Below the pieces are notes generated by a model. The model did no database searches and was not told the origin of the DNA. It was given only the letters and a program-made list of their open reading frames with translations. A program made the position numbers and the translations under genes. This document shows positions 26,301 through 35,226 of a stretch of 64,000 bases of DNA, piece after piece. This DNA is from a virus, in IMG/VR virus record IMGVR_UViG_3300045988_137032, positions 32,001 through 96,000 of that record. One strand, written 5' to 3'. How positions within the stretch are numbered: the stretch's first letter is position 1; every line of letters starts with the position of its first letter.

Positions 26301-26328
26301 GATGGTTGGTGAATATACTGAGGTTTAA
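23323..26328 (+). CDS. large hypothetical protein (1001 aa), probable virion (tail or baseplate) component
   Basis: Long clean ORF with SD. First gene of a block that ends in fibre-like proteins. No diagnostic motif recognised. Confidence 0.7.
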   Translation: MGNTTSELIPNYDAIINNTYDESWLNKLLHTTVENSFQFLKRLQLSYCSVDRFHFTQKDFFVCTDYPNNLCISIPKDFIDATKRKTYRYSKYYGEYITYNDIAEDLEHQFDPSDLKQTTFEFTPCIHVDGRVATNVLFRCTLDGRTQVVFLDIPPYSEWIGEDAKHTIEVFMLRNTWTHSFLTNSKVMRNRLRLLDTQDADDSVEERNGYYVFNSTLTGVLMTKSPIFYSIRCVSKRSDDCYETFGNSLAFGHVDADGNLCIPATTWLKEYVTKHTLLNLEVTIFHPNYTYEIPNLREVKQRTTNKDIYSCIAVCQQEEMLHWAMPIPEENIMVFFVDKKTGETTYLNSSELTNLHYPNIYEIRTTKDIADKYYIKLFYLYRPLYKSLTYVDQFYYIHKFFKYQYKTSYGQEATFEDTCNKFLYDQVDPSLEGTRKYFDQIWNYEDVNYVYNINDYDHSSEYPNSYAYKLDKAKEFGLLAPDKTSDYIGNVNTTSDLYYLDVSKVDLTNRERTTTHGEDKSSNVEFGEVRYLFIFRNDGSKALNLRYWVDGLLCNRYTQIHVGNYDYIYIPKEYVTPSSHIYIEKFWTYTYSKHHAFSSMDDMFDIEVKAPSYVVPTWHDLFVRHNETEKIDKDRFIFYSRVNMNDYEKSMPLEERKHQCGIPDDVEVIDGDDGYMYMRITQNYDTDMPRYMHLSKIKVKLANESDLNKDFQFIINKDSFISHDTIPAKTPVQRIRIMDSTLPWIEEGTYLRTFVDRRRIVCNIKIEALTPYDLRARTDYYPTIIPYIQSTDVTPYSYKRVCFVPEIPENFMIDMSQYIDTPFSLDYYEVYLNGRRLFDYNIECITHRYIKLFNVSSRLNFAVYRRDMDPFILGHAPNKEKTPMDEFITNGLIDQTTKDNFIDNLIAEKHPGSTPGENTEINVNDAVTPDDTTTDLKRFYTDVIIPEGVTKPQTWMLDENDIKNNYPAVYETYTKKHKVVIRPNVNFDALLCMMVGEYTEV

Positions 26329-26403
26329 ATAACGATGATTGTATTCTAAGAACTAATTGCTAAAGTTCTTGAAATTACAATCAAAGAGAAAGGTGGCTAA
26401 AAT

Positions 26404-27306
26404 ATGGCTGGTGCTCAGGCACGCTACGGTATTTCAGCACTGGACCTTGGGTATAAAGATTATGCCCAGAATGACGAGCTCATGGTCCATGGTGATGACG
26501 GCCGTATGTATTATAAGCGCACAGACGGTACTATTGTGTCGTATAGCGATAAAGATCTTACTGAATCCCAGGTCGTTGATAAGACGATGGGTGTTCTTCT
26601 TGGCATCGATGGCCTTACTCTTCCTGAAAACGAGTACATCGTTTATCGTACTTTTGATACGACTGGTAAGCTGGATCTGGCTACAAGTACAGATGTTGCG
26701 ATCTCTCGTGGGGCTACTCTGTCGAAGAATGTGCCCGGTTTCTTCTTCCGGATTCGTGGTAATGATGCAGTATCTTCTTCTGCTGCTATCATGAAGGCCG
26801 TCTATGCAAATAAGGTGAAGAATGGTTCTGATGCTGAAGTATCTGTGAAGATTAATGTCTCCAATAATGGTGCTAATCAGCAGACTATCACCGTTAATAC
26901 TCACCTTGATACGCTCACATATGTGAAGTTCCCGACATTTACTGGTACGCTTACGAACTACATTGTGACAATTGCATCGGTTTCTTTCCCGATGTTCAAA
27001 GCTGCATATGCTGCTGCTGGCGAAGCAGATAAGGTTACAATTCTTAAGGTGAATCGCGGCAATGCGAAGTTTGAAGTAAACTGCATTGACTTCATTGGCT
27101 ATGCAAGTAGCATTGCTGCTCTTGCTGATGATGTAACGGATGATGTTGCTATCAAGAGTGTAACTTTGAGTAAGGAAGCTTCCAAAGCATACGCTAATGA
27201 AAACTCTGCTGTTGCAAATGTCGGCGGTATTCCGAAGACCGCATTTGTCATCAGTAAGGATAATCCCAAGTCCGAATGTGTATGGGGTAAAATCGTAGAA
27301 GGTTAA
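26404..27306 (+). CDS. hypothetical protein (300 aa), probable virion component
   Basis: AAAGG SD. C-ending codon bias. Confidence 0.7.
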   Translation: MAGAQARYGISALDLGYKDYAQNDELMVHGDDGRMYYKRTDGTIVSYSDKDLTESQVVDKTMGVLLGIDGLTLPENEYIVYRTFDTTGKLDLATSTDVAISRGATLSKNVPGFFFRIRGNDAVSSSAAIMKAVYANKVKNGSDAEVSVKINVSNNGANQQTITVNTHLDTLTYVKFPTFTGTLTNYIVTIASVSFPMFKAAYAAAGEADKVTILKVNRGNAKFEVNCIDFIGYASSIAALADDVTDDVAIKSVTLSKEASKAYANENSAVANVGGIPKTAFVISKDNPKSECVWGKIVEG

Positions 27307-27309
27307 ATT

Positions 27310-27356
27310 AAATGGCTTACACCTGATTTTTAACGGGTGTAAGCCATTTATTCTTC
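27310..27356 (+). terminator. rho-independent terminator
   Basis: Stem AAATGGCTTACACC (27310-27323) / GGTGTAAGCCATTT (27336-27349). Confidence 0.75.
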
Positions 27357-27468
27357 TATCTGACGGAAGACAAACACCTTATTAAATGCTATGATATACT
27401 GAAGATGGCAATCCGGCTATCTTCATTTTATATCCATAGAAAATATACTTTAAGGAGTGATTTTTCAT

Positions 27469-28539
27469 ATGGCAAATAATATGAAGCAGGTCCTGCTGAA
27501 GAAGAAGATTGAGGGCGTCATTTACGATCTGTACGTGAAGACCTCTGCTGCTCTGGTTCAGTATGACGAGAACACTACTGTTGCTGCTAAGGTTGCTGCA
27601 GTTGAGGCTGTTGCTAACCAGGCTAAGGCTGATCTGTCTACCCTGATGGGTGCCGACGGCGGCACGTCTATCTCTGCAATGATCGATGAGAAGGTCAATG
27701 CTCTGAAGACTGCTCTGACCAATGAGGCGGATTCTGCCTCTCTGGCTGGTAAGATCAAGGCTAATGCTACTGCTATTGCAGCAGCACAGAAGGCTGCTTC
27801 CGATGAGGCTACTCGCGCTAAGGCTGCTGAGAAGACTCTGACCGACAACCTGTCTGCTGCTAACACCAAGCTGACCACCCTGATTGGTACTGATGCCAAC
27901 AAGTCTGCTCGTGCCATCGCTGCTGAGGAGATCGCTAAGCAGCTGATTCCCGAGCATGCTTCTGAGGCTCTGGACAGCCTGCGGGAGATCGCAGCTTGGA
28001 TTCAGGCTCACCCCGCTGAGGCCTCTGCGATGAACGCAAAGATCACCGCTCTGGAGACCAAGACTGGTACCATCGATGACGAGTCCGCTGACCTTGTCAC
28101 CTACGTTAAGAATCAGGTTAATGCTGAGAAGACTCGCGCTACCGCCGCTGAGGAAGCTAACGCAGCTGCTGCTTCCGCCGCTTCTACCGCTGCTGGTAAG
28201 GCTCAGACTGCTGCTGACGCCGCAAAGAAGGCTGCTTCCGATGAGGCTACTCGCGCTCAGGCCGCTGAGAAGACTCTGACCGACAATCTGAGTGCTCTGA
28301 CCACTAAGGTTGGCGAGATTCCCGCTACCGGTATTGGTGGCAAGGCCGCTTCCGTGGTCGCTTACGCTGCTGCTGTTGCTGCAGACGCTAAGAAGGCTGC
28401 TACCGATGAGGCTACTCGCGCTCAGGCTGCTGAGGGCGCTCTGACCACCAAGGTCAACGCTCGTGCTCGTTTCCTGGTTTCTGTAACCGAGCCTGACGAT
28501 CTGACCGAGTCTGATGTATGGGCTCAGATCATTGAGTAA
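27469..28539 (+). CDS. Ala-rich coiled-coil fibre-like protein with three internal repeats
   Basis: The ORF starts at GTG 27457, but ATG 27469 follows AAGGAG. Repeats (K)AASDEATRA(K/Q)AAEKTLTDNLSA occur 3 times. G+C clearly higher than the surroundings. Confidence 0.75.
   Translation: MANNMKQVLLKKKIEGVIYDLYVKTSAALVQYDENTTVAAKVAAVEAVANQAKADLSTLMGADGGTSISAMIDEKVNALKTALTNEADSASLAGKIKANATAIAAAQKAASDEATRAKAAEKTLTDNLSAANTKLTTLIGTDANKSARAIAAEEIAKQLIPEHASEALDSLREIAAWIQAHPAEASAMNAKITALETKTGTIDDESADLVTYVKNQVNAEKTRATAAEEANAAAASAASTAAGKAQTAADAAKKAASDEATRAQAAEKTLTDNLSALTTKVGEIPATGIGGKAASVVAYAAAVAADAKKAATDEATRAQAAEGALTTKVNARARFLVSVTEPDDLTESDVWAQIIE
27790..28450 (+). repeat. three dispersed copies of a 58-69 nt direct repeat within the CDS
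   Basis: AAGGCTGCTTCCGATGAGGCTACTCGCGCT.. at 27790-27858 and 28228-28296, and a shorter copy at 28393-28450. Confidence 0.85.
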
Positions 28540-28610
28540 TCTTATAGATAGTAAGTATACTATCTAAGCAATAGGGTTACTTTGATTACTTCTTCATGAA
28601 GTAAATTCGA

Positions 28611-28652
28611 CCGCTAGATTACTACAAAAATGGTAATCTAGCGGCCTTTTTA
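28611..28652 (+). terminator. rho-independent terminator
   Basis: Stem CCGCTAGATTAC / GTAATCTAGCGG, then CCTTTTTA. Confidence 0.8.
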
Positions 28653-28729
28653 TGGTTATAGCTTTGGAACGTAAGTATAACCTAGTACTAGCTAATATAA
28701 ATTCTTTCATGAAAGGAAGGTATTAACCT

Positions 28730-28987
28730 ATGCTTCTTACTACTTCGATGGGTGCTAAGCATATCATCATGAATAAGGTTGATAAGCAGGGTAACGCCAA
28801 TGTTATTTTACCTGCAAACACAGCAGATGACGTTATCTGTGATGAGAACTCTAATACCCTGTCTGAGTATCTTTGCACTGTGTCTACGAGTGAGACTGTT
28901 GTTGGCGCCCCAATGTTTGCTATGCCGTATGGTTCTGGTCTTACACTCAATGCAGCAACTCTTAGTGCACTGACTAAAACAACTTAA
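28730..28987 (+). CDS. hypothetical small protein (85 aa)
   Basis: AAAGGAAGG SD. Confidence 0.55.
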   Translation: MLLTTSMGAKHIIMNKVDKQGNANVILPANTADDVICDENSNTLSEYLCTVSTSETVVGAPMFAMPYGSGLTLNAATLSALTKTT

Positions 28988-29052
28988 TAAGATCCTCTTG
29001 ATTCATTTTCTTTCTTTTTATTGCCTGTTTGGTAATTCCTCTCTTATAATAT

Positions 29053-29116
29053 TGAAGTCACATGATTTACTATGTAACTCGCACGCATAGTAATCATGTG
29101 ACTTCATATTTTATTT
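29053..29116 (+). terminator. rho-independent terminator
   Basis: A 21-bp stem (one bulge), 29053-29074 / 29086-29106, then a T-rich run. Confidence 0.8.
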
Positions 29117-29126
29117 ATATATTATA
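29117..29126 (+). promoter_or_regulatory. promoter-like motif class E
   Basis: ATATATTATACCTATAGTATGA. The extended match is shared with the copy at 53319. Lies 32 nt before ATG 29158. Confidence 0.5.
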
Positions 29127-29157
29127 CCTATAGTATGAAGAAAGGAGGTATAAAGAA

Positions 29158-29385
29158 ATGGATAAAGAACTTTTGACAACTCTTGGCAGTATCGTGCTGG
29201 ATGCTGCTGGGAATCGTCAAGTGCAAAGAGTTGTTCTTGGTACTTACACAGATGGATCGACTCGAAATCTTTTCGATGCTGCTTCTGGTGAATTTCTCTC
29301 TCCGAAAGATCGTGAGAAGTATTTCATGAAGAAACAGAAGAAGCACAAGAAGAAAAAGAAGCATAAGAAGATTCATCTCGACTAA
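29158..29385 (+). CDS. small protein with poly-Lys/His C-terminus (75 aa)
   Basis: AAAGGAGG SD. C-terminal KKQKKHKKKKKHKKIH. Confidence 0.6.
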   Translation: MDKELLTTLGSIVLDAAGNRQVQRVVLGTYTDGSTRNLFDAASGEFLSPKDREKYFMKKQKKHKKKKKHKKIHLD

Positions 29386-29395
29386 GTAATAGTCG

Positions 29396-29447
29396 AAAAG
29401 ACAAATGACGTTTGGAGTAGCATTCGTCATTTGTCTTTTTTTGTTTT
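29396..29447 (+). terminator. rho-independent terminator
   Basis: Stem AAAAGACAAATGACG / CGTCATTTGTCTTTT, then a T-run. Confidence 0.85.
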
Positions 29448-29464
29448 CCTATGCTGAAAAACGC

Positions 29465-29484
29465 CTAGAAAACAATAAGGTAAG
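29465..29484 (+). promoter_or_regulatory. promoter-like motif class L
   Basis: CTAGAAAACAATAAGGTAAG, about 50 nt before ATG 29535. Confidence 0.5.
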
Positions 29485-29534
29485 TTTTCTAAGGGTTTTC
29501 CCTTAAATATAATAAAGAAAGGACAGGTGGTATT

Positions 29535-30893
29535 ATGTCATCACCGATTAGTGATATTATTTCTGCTATGCGTGATGCTCGTAGAGCTGGTGCTGAAATT
29601 GCCCATGCAGGCAATGAGCTGTCTCACAAGAGTATCGTACGCGGTGCAAAAGATAGTACCATGCAATTCCCCTGCCTCGTTAGTAGCACTGTCCCGATCG
29701 ATTATGCTTCTGTCGTGGCAAAAACTATGGAGCGTGTTTATGCATCCTTTGTCCAGACTTACCTGTCTGCAAATAATGTCATGAACATCTCTGATTATAA
29801 GGATGTAAATCAGTATATTCAGAGATTCCATCGTAATGTGAAATTAGAATCAACTGCCGTTGATACCTATCTGGAAAATTGTGTTGTTCCTGATCCTGAT
29901 TACGACAAGCTCTTTGAGAGAATCGATAATGGTTCTACCAAGGCATACATCAATGAGTCTACTGGTCAGATTCTGGCATTCAATTTCTCTGATAAGTTCA
30001 ATAAGGCAGTTTTTGAATCCAATCAGGAACAGCTGGATGTTGCCCTGAAGGATATCGACTTTAGGCCGATTCCCAATGTTGGTAATAGTCCATTCTACGC
30101 TACGGAAGCTGAAGTGGATCCGAAGGAATACAATAAGAAGGTTCTGGATACTCAGTTTGATCGCTATAAGCAGCAAGCCGACCGTGATAAGGAAGCATAT
30201 AAGGCAACTATTAATGGTACGAAGGTTCCTGAGGTTCTTAAGGATCAGGATGTCAAGAAAACAAACGATATGCAGCCGTATCTGATGCAGGTCCGTCTGT
30301 CTGCTGTCAATGATCAGGATGAGTTCGTTCAGTTCATTGATTTCGTCCTTGGTGTTAAGGTTGTCTTGCATGTTGTGAAGTCTGATGAGATGGCTATGAA
30401 CCTTATTAATTCTATTCAGAATAAGGGCGTTCTCTTTAACTTCATTCGTTGGACAACTGGTGAGAAGAGTCTGATTAAGGATATCCTTCTGAATATCAAT
30501 GATACAAAGCTGGATGCCGCAAACCGTTCTCTGGGTGCATCTCCTTGGTGGACTACTCTGAAGCGCATGAAGGCTACTTCCAAAGCTCAGATGTCTGTCA
30601 TGTCTCGTACTCAGCTGGTTCCTCAGACTACTATCGTTCTGCATTCTATGGACGTTGATTCCATTATGCGCTCTTCTGGTTATGATCTCCATAATCCGAA
30701 GTTTGCAGTTCCTCTGATGCGTTCTCTCTTCCTGATGACATTTATCATTGTGGATGAGGGCACTCGTACTGTGGATATTCTCTATGATGGAAGCAATACG
30801 TTCCAGACTTACGCTCTGGAGGCACTGGAGCGTGAAATTACCATGAGCTCCAATAAGATCGGTCGTGAACTTACCCGTATGATCGGTCATTAA
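29535..30893 (+). CDS. hypothetical protein (452 aa), probable virion component
   Basis: AAAGGA SD. First gene of a long co-oriented block. Confidence 0.7.
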   Translation: MSSPISDIISAMRDARRAGAEIAHAGNELSHKSIVRGAKDSTMQFPCLVSSTVPIDYASVVAKTMERVYASFVQTYLSANNVMNISDYKDVNQYIQRFHRNVKLESTAVDTYLENCVVPDPDYDKLFERIDNGSTKAYINESTGQILAFNFSDKFNKAVFESNQEQLDVALKDIDFRPIPNVGNSPFYATEAEVDPKEYNKKVLDTQFDRYKQQADRDKEAYKATINGTKVPEVLKDQDVKKTNDMQPYLMQVRLSAVNDQDEFVQFIDFVLGVKVVLHVVKSDEMAMNLINSIQNKGVLFNFIRWTTGEKSLIKDILLNINDTKLDAANRSLGASPWWTTLKRMKATSKAQMSVMSRTQLVPQTTIVLHSMDVDSIMRSSGYDLHNPKFAVPLMRSLFLMTFIIVDEGTRTVDILYDGSNTFQTYALEALEREITMSSNKIGRELTRMIGH

Positions 30894-30913
30894 TTTTTTG
30901 ATAAAGGAGGTTA

Positions 30914-31936
30914 ATGAAAATGCTGATTCAGCCTATTCTCGTAAGGGAATCCGTGCGGATTCTCAGTGGCTGTGAGAAGCCTTCTATGAAGCAAGAGCGT
31001 GAAATCATGACTTGCTTTGAAGATGCGAATTCTCCTGTCACGGCACGTTATCTGGAAAAGCTCTATATGAGCGTTATTTCCAAGTCTCACATTGACTTTG
31101 ATAATATTCCGCAGTCTGCTGGTGATATTGAGAAGTATGTCGGTTATAAGAATATGGTTCAGGTACTCGATAACATCGATGGTATCTGTGCTAATGCTCA
31201 TAACAAGCAGGTACAGCAATATACGCTGACTGTACGTGAGGCCATCAATAATATTCGTAAGCTTGCTCCTATCTACAAGAAAGGCTTCATGGCTAAGAAT
31301 GAATATGTCATGATGGAGTATAACACCTTTGTGTATACTTGCGTTCAGGCTACATCTTCACTGCTCTATGAGTTTGTGGATTACATGAAGCGTCCGGATA
31401 TGACAACCGTTACGATTACACTGAAGAATACAAAGTATCGTGCAAATACTTTCTATATTGATCAGCTTGCAAAGTATAACGCTGTCAATAAAAAGATGCA
31501 GTATGCAAAGTATCTGGAAGGTATGCTTACAAATGGTAAGGATAACTTCATTGGTACTTATACTGTGATTGGTGCTACCGCTGTTGTTGCAGTTGCTCTG
31601 GCAATCATCCCTGTTATGCGTGAGCTGGTTTACCAGTTCTATAATGTACGTACTAATATCAGTGATGCTCTCTCACAGCAGGCATATTTCCTTGAGCTGA
31701 ATAAGGCATGTGTGGAAGCCAATTCTTCTTTCTCTAAGGAGAAGAAGGCTGATATCCTTATGAAGCAGGAAAAGGCAAGAAATATCTGCATGCGGTTATC
31801 TGATAAGCTTCGGGTTACCCATGCTAAGAGCATGAGTGCTGGTGAGGCAGCTATTCGGAATGATTCGAAATATCTCACCCTCGATAACATCAAGAATGGT
31901 GATGATGGTTCCGCATCTTCCTTGCAGCTGCTGTAA
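30914..31936 (+). CDS. hypothetical protein with one internal TM segment (340 aa)
   Basis: AAAGGAGG SD. ATG 30920 is a possible alternative start. TM segment TVIGATAVVAVALAIIPVM. Confidence 0.7.
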   Translation: MKMLIQPILVRESVRILSGCEKPSMKQEREIMTCFEDANSPVTARYLEKLYMSVISKSHIDFDNIPQSAGDIEKYVGYKNMVQVLDNIDGICANAHNKQVQQYTLTVREAINNIRKLAPIYKKGFMAKNEYVMMEYNTFVYTCVQATSSLLYEFVDYMKRPDMTTVTITLKNTKYRANTFYIDQLAKYNAVNKKMQYAKYLEGMLTNGKDNFIGTYTVIGATAVVAVALAIIPVMRELVYQFYNVRTNISDALSQQAYFLELNKACVEANSSFSKEKKADILMKQEKARNICMRLSDKLRVTHAKSMSAGEAAIRNDSKYLTLDNIKNGDDGSASSLQLL

Positions 31937-31954
31937 GAAAGGGAGATGCAGACA

Positions 31955-32662
31955 ATGGAATGGTATGATGTTAGAGACAGTTTGAAGAGTCTCTATGATT
32001 CTTCTTCAAATATCTGGAATGGACGGACAGAAGGTTGCCCGTTCACTGCTGGTAAGAACTTCATTTCTGGTGCTACCGATATTTTGGACGAATATTTTAT
32101 CGGTAAGGAAAGTCAGATTCATAATATCTACAATGCTATTCGGGAAGGCAATTATTCCAATAACTTGGTTTCTTGCATCGATCTCCCGGTAGTATTTGCA
32201 AAGTATATGGAATATTATGCTGGTATGGTAGACTTTGTAAAAGCTGCTATGTCAGTCAATGATGAAGATGACATGAATCTCAGTGTAGCAGAAATGCGTC
32301 TTGACAATATCCTCGAAAAGGATAATTCGTTTGTTGATAAACTCTTCTTCTCTGAAGATTCTGGTGAAGAAATGAGTATCAACGATGCAATGAAGAATGT
32401 CGAGATGATTAGTGATCTGATTGATTTTGAGGGTAAAGCAAAAACACAGATTGGTGAGCTCATGAGTATTCCTATGTCTAAGGCATATGCCAGTGTGAAT
32501 AAATCTGGTATTGGCTTATACATGCAGTCTGTGTGCACATTTGTCATGGACATGGTGATTAAGATCGCTTATACTTATCACTGTATTTGTGTCAGCATGG
32601 CAACTGTTGCAAAATCCAACTTTATTCCCAAGAAGGAAACTCCTGAGTATCAGATCTTCTAA
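31955..32662 (+). CDS. hypothetical protein (235 aa)
   Basis: The ORF starts at 31946, but ATG 31955 has usable SD spacing. Confidence 0.65.
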   Translation: MEWYDVRDSLKSLYDSSSNIWNGRTEGCPFTAGKNFISGATDILDEYFIGKESQIHNIYNAIREGNYSNNLVSCIDLPVVFAKYMEYYAGMVDFVKAAMSVNDEDDMNLSVAEMRLDNILEKDNSFVDKLFFSEDSGEEMSINDAMKNVEMISDLIDFEGKAKTQIGELMSIPMSKAYASVNKSGIGLYMQSVCTFVMDMVIKIAYTYHCICVSMATVAKSNFIPKKETPEYQIF

Positions 32663-32671
32663 CGGATGACA

Positions 32672-32716
32672 AAAGACGATATACGATGAATTTAATTCGT
32701 ATATCGTCTTTTTAAT
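32672..32716 (+). terminator. rho-independent terminator
   Basis: A 15-bp stem, 32672-32686 / 32698-32712. Confidence 0.75.
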
Positions 32717-32735
32717 TCCGTTACTACGGATATAG

Positions 32736-32756
32736 CTTGAAAACAATGCTTTAAAG
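32736..32756 (+). promoter_or_regulatory. promoter-like motif class L
   Basis: CTTGAAAACAATGCTTTAAAG, about 95 nt before ATG 32852. Confidence 0.45.
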
Positions 32757-32851
32757 TTTGAGCTACTATAGTTACTCTTAGCTAATGATTGCTCAAGCTT
32801 TCGTTACTAAGATTAGCTATAATTCTAAATAATAAAGGAGGTAATATCCCT

Positions 32852-34123
32852 ATGACTTATAGCGAATATTCGCGTATCATGGAGATCACAGAAGCAGAGA
32901 CTGATAACGCTATGATCGATATCGATTTTATGTGGGAAAGTGCTTGTGCTTCTCATCGTCTTGATGTAGCGGATCTTGAATATCAGTTTGAGTCTGTGGA
33001 TGGATACGATCAGGATACCATGGTGCGGATGTATACTGAAGAAGCCAATGGCTTTATTGCAAAAGTCAAGGCTGCTTGGGATAAGTTCTGTAAGTGGGTA
33101 AAGAGTATCGTTGATAAGATCTTTAAGAAAACTCCTGATGAGAAAGCAGTGAAAGCTGCATCGGATAATAATCCTGAAGGAATCAAGCTTCCTTTTGATG
33201 TTGAAAAGACATCAAATGAGATGGATAAGGTTTCTTCTATGATGAATCCATCGTACATGAAGCGACTGATGAAGGATGTTGATACGCTTTCTCGCAAGGG
33301 TATTAAGGTCAATATCAATGTGAAGACGAAAAATCATAATTATGAGCACACACCCCTGCTGAACCAGTTCATTACAGGTATCGGTAATCTTCTTTCCGCA
33401 GCAGCAGCTCCTGCTGCAGGAGTTGTAAGCGTTGCTCTTCTTATGAAGCACATCAAGAAGACCGTTAACTTCAGTAAAAAGATTGATGAATGCACTAGCG
33501 GTCTGAAAGATTTTGCTAGTGAATCTCTTGGAGTTATTATGGCTCCTATTCGTGAGCTTCTGTCTACCGCACAGGGTCTCATGACTACTCTTACCGCTGC
33601 GATCGCTGGTCATAATAAGCATGAGCATGATCTGACTAAGAAGCCTGAAAAAACTTATGAGGTTAAATCTTCTAAGGATGTAAAGGGTGCTGCTAGTAGA
33701 TTACTGCTTGCTGCGAAAAATCGTGGTAAGGCGACAGAAAAATATGTAATTGATAGAACCAAGCGTCGATACGATGAATGTGTTAGCACATTTGACAGTG
33801 TTATGAAGACTGCTGGTTCCATTGACGGATTCAATGCATCTGAATTTAAATCTCTTTGTAAGGCTATTTCGGAAAAGAAAACGACTGATAATGATCAGGA
33901 TGTTGTAAAAGCACAGCAGATGATTGATAGTCTCAAGGATGATCAGCCTGAAGAGAAAAAGCAAGAATCCGTCATTAACGATGATACTGTATTCTCTTCC
34001 ATTTTTGAGAATACTTTCGCTAATGCTGATGCTTCGAAATTTGCACCCGATACAACAAGTGCTTTCCTTTCTACTCCTGATCAGAACATGAATGAAATCA
34101 TGGCTCTGCTGGATAACTTTTAA
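32852..34123 (+). CDS. alpha-helical paralogue family protein (423 aa)
   Basis: The ORF starts at 32789, but ATG 32852 follows AAAGGAGG. MWESACASH motif, then AAWDKFCKWVKSIVDKIFKK helix. Internal hydrophobic segment. Confidence 0.7.
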   Translation: MTYSEYSRIMEITEAETDNAMIDIDFMWESACASHRLDVADLEYQFESVDGYDQDTMVRMYTEEANGFIAKVKAAWDKFCKWVKSIVDKIFKKTPDEKAVKAASDNNPEGIKLPFDVEKTSNEMDKVSSMMNPSYMKRLMKDVDTLSRKGIKVNINVKTKNHNYEHTPLLNQFITGIGNLLSAAAAPAAGVVSVALLMKHIKKTVNFSKKIDECTSGLKDFASESLGVIMAPIRELLSTAQGLMTTLTAAIAGHNKHEHDLTKKPEKTYEVKSSKDVKGAASRLLLAAKNRGKATEKYVIDRTKRRYDECVSTFDSVMKTAGSIDGFNASEFKSLCKAISEKKTTDNDQDVVKAQQMIDSLKDDQPEEKKQESVINDDTVFSSIFENTFANADASKFAPDTTSAFLSTPDQNMNEIMALLDNF

Positions 34124-34140
34124 GGAAGGAGGGAAATACA

Positions 34141-35139
34141 ATGTTTGATAAAGAAATTCTCGAATATGAAAATCAACTTCTGCATGATGAAGTTGATTTT
34201 GAACAGGCTTGCTATGAGCAGACTTTGAATCTTCGTAGAATCAAGAATAAGCTTGTTTTTGAAGATGCTATCATGGAGTCTGCTGATGTGGAAGAACTCT
34301 ATCTTGCTGAAGCGAAGGAAACGAAGAATAAGAAACAGGGAATCATTTCCCGTCTTATTGACACCATTAAGAATTTTATTAAGAAGATTATTAATAAGAT
34401 CACTGGTGGTAAGTTTGAAGCGAAAGCAGATAAGAAGGTTCCTGGTAATCCTCAGGAGCTCATCAAGTATGGCCGTCAGCTTATGCTGAAGGCAAAGACT
34501 GCATTGACTTCTCCTACTGCTGCAAAGATCGGTAAGGCTGCCGGCATTACCGCTGGTGCTGCGGCTGCTACTGGTGGTACTCTTTTTGTTATTTCTAAGG
34601 CAAAACAGGGTCCTACTCTGAAAGAAATCAAAGAATTCATGAACGATTCAACCAGACAACTTAATGCTTGTCAGGAGATCGTAAATGGTAACTATGTCGG
34701 CAATGTTGATAATGCACAGGCATACATCAATGAATTTGGTACTATCACAAGTCGCCTTAGTAAGATTATGAATGCCATCATGAGTGGTGGAGAACTTGAT
34801 ACACGCTCCAAAGACGATATCCGTCTTGCTGAAGATGGAAAGTCTCGTCTGAATGGTATGACGACTGAAGAGCTCAAGAAGAAGTACAATCAGATCAGTG
34901 AAGAGATTGATATTATCACAAAGCGTAGTAAATCTCTTAGCGTCAAGTATAAGCAGATGAAGAGTGCTCATGCTGATAAGAGTGGATATACGGGAACATA
35001 TATTGGCACTCGTAGAGATGCTGATGCAGAGCGTCTGGCAAAACTTCAGAATCAGCTTACTCAGGTAAAGAGTCTGCTTGCAGCATCTGCAACACGTGAT
35101 GCTAGACGTGATGACGTGGACCTTAATAAAAAGGGATAA
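34141..35139 (+). CDS. alpha-helical paralogue family protein (332 aa)
   Basis: FEQACYEQT motif, then ISRLIDTIKNFIKKIINKITG. Ala/Gly hydrophobic segment. Confidence 0.7.
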   Translation: MFDKEILEYENQLLHDEVDFEQACYEQTLNLRRIKNKLVFEDAIMESADVEELYLAEAKETKNKKQGIISRLIDTIKNFIKKIINKITGGKFEAKADKKVPGNPQELIKYGRQLMLKAKTALTSPTAAKIGKAAGITAGAAAATGGTLFVISKAKQGPTLKEIKEFMNDSTRQLNACQEIVNGNYVGNVDNAQAYINEFGTITSRLSKIMNAIMSGGELDTRSKDDIRLAEDGKSRLNGMTTEELKKKYNQISEEIDIITKRSKSLSVKYKQMKSAHADKSGYTGTYIGTRRDADAERLAKLQNQLTQVKSLLAASATRDARRDDVDLNKKG

Positions 35140-35158
35140 TTCCGCTAATGGAAATAAC

Positions 35159-35179
35159 CCTTAAAAACAATAAGCTAAG
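35159..35179 (+). promoter_or_regulatory. promoter-like motif class L
   Basis: CCTTAAAAACAATAAGCTAAG. Near-identical to the minus-strand copy at 52956-52975. Confidence 0.55.
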
Positions 35180-35226
35180 TTTCTAGGCTATTTTTCTCAA
35201 TTCTAAGATAAAGGAGTTGTAATAAA

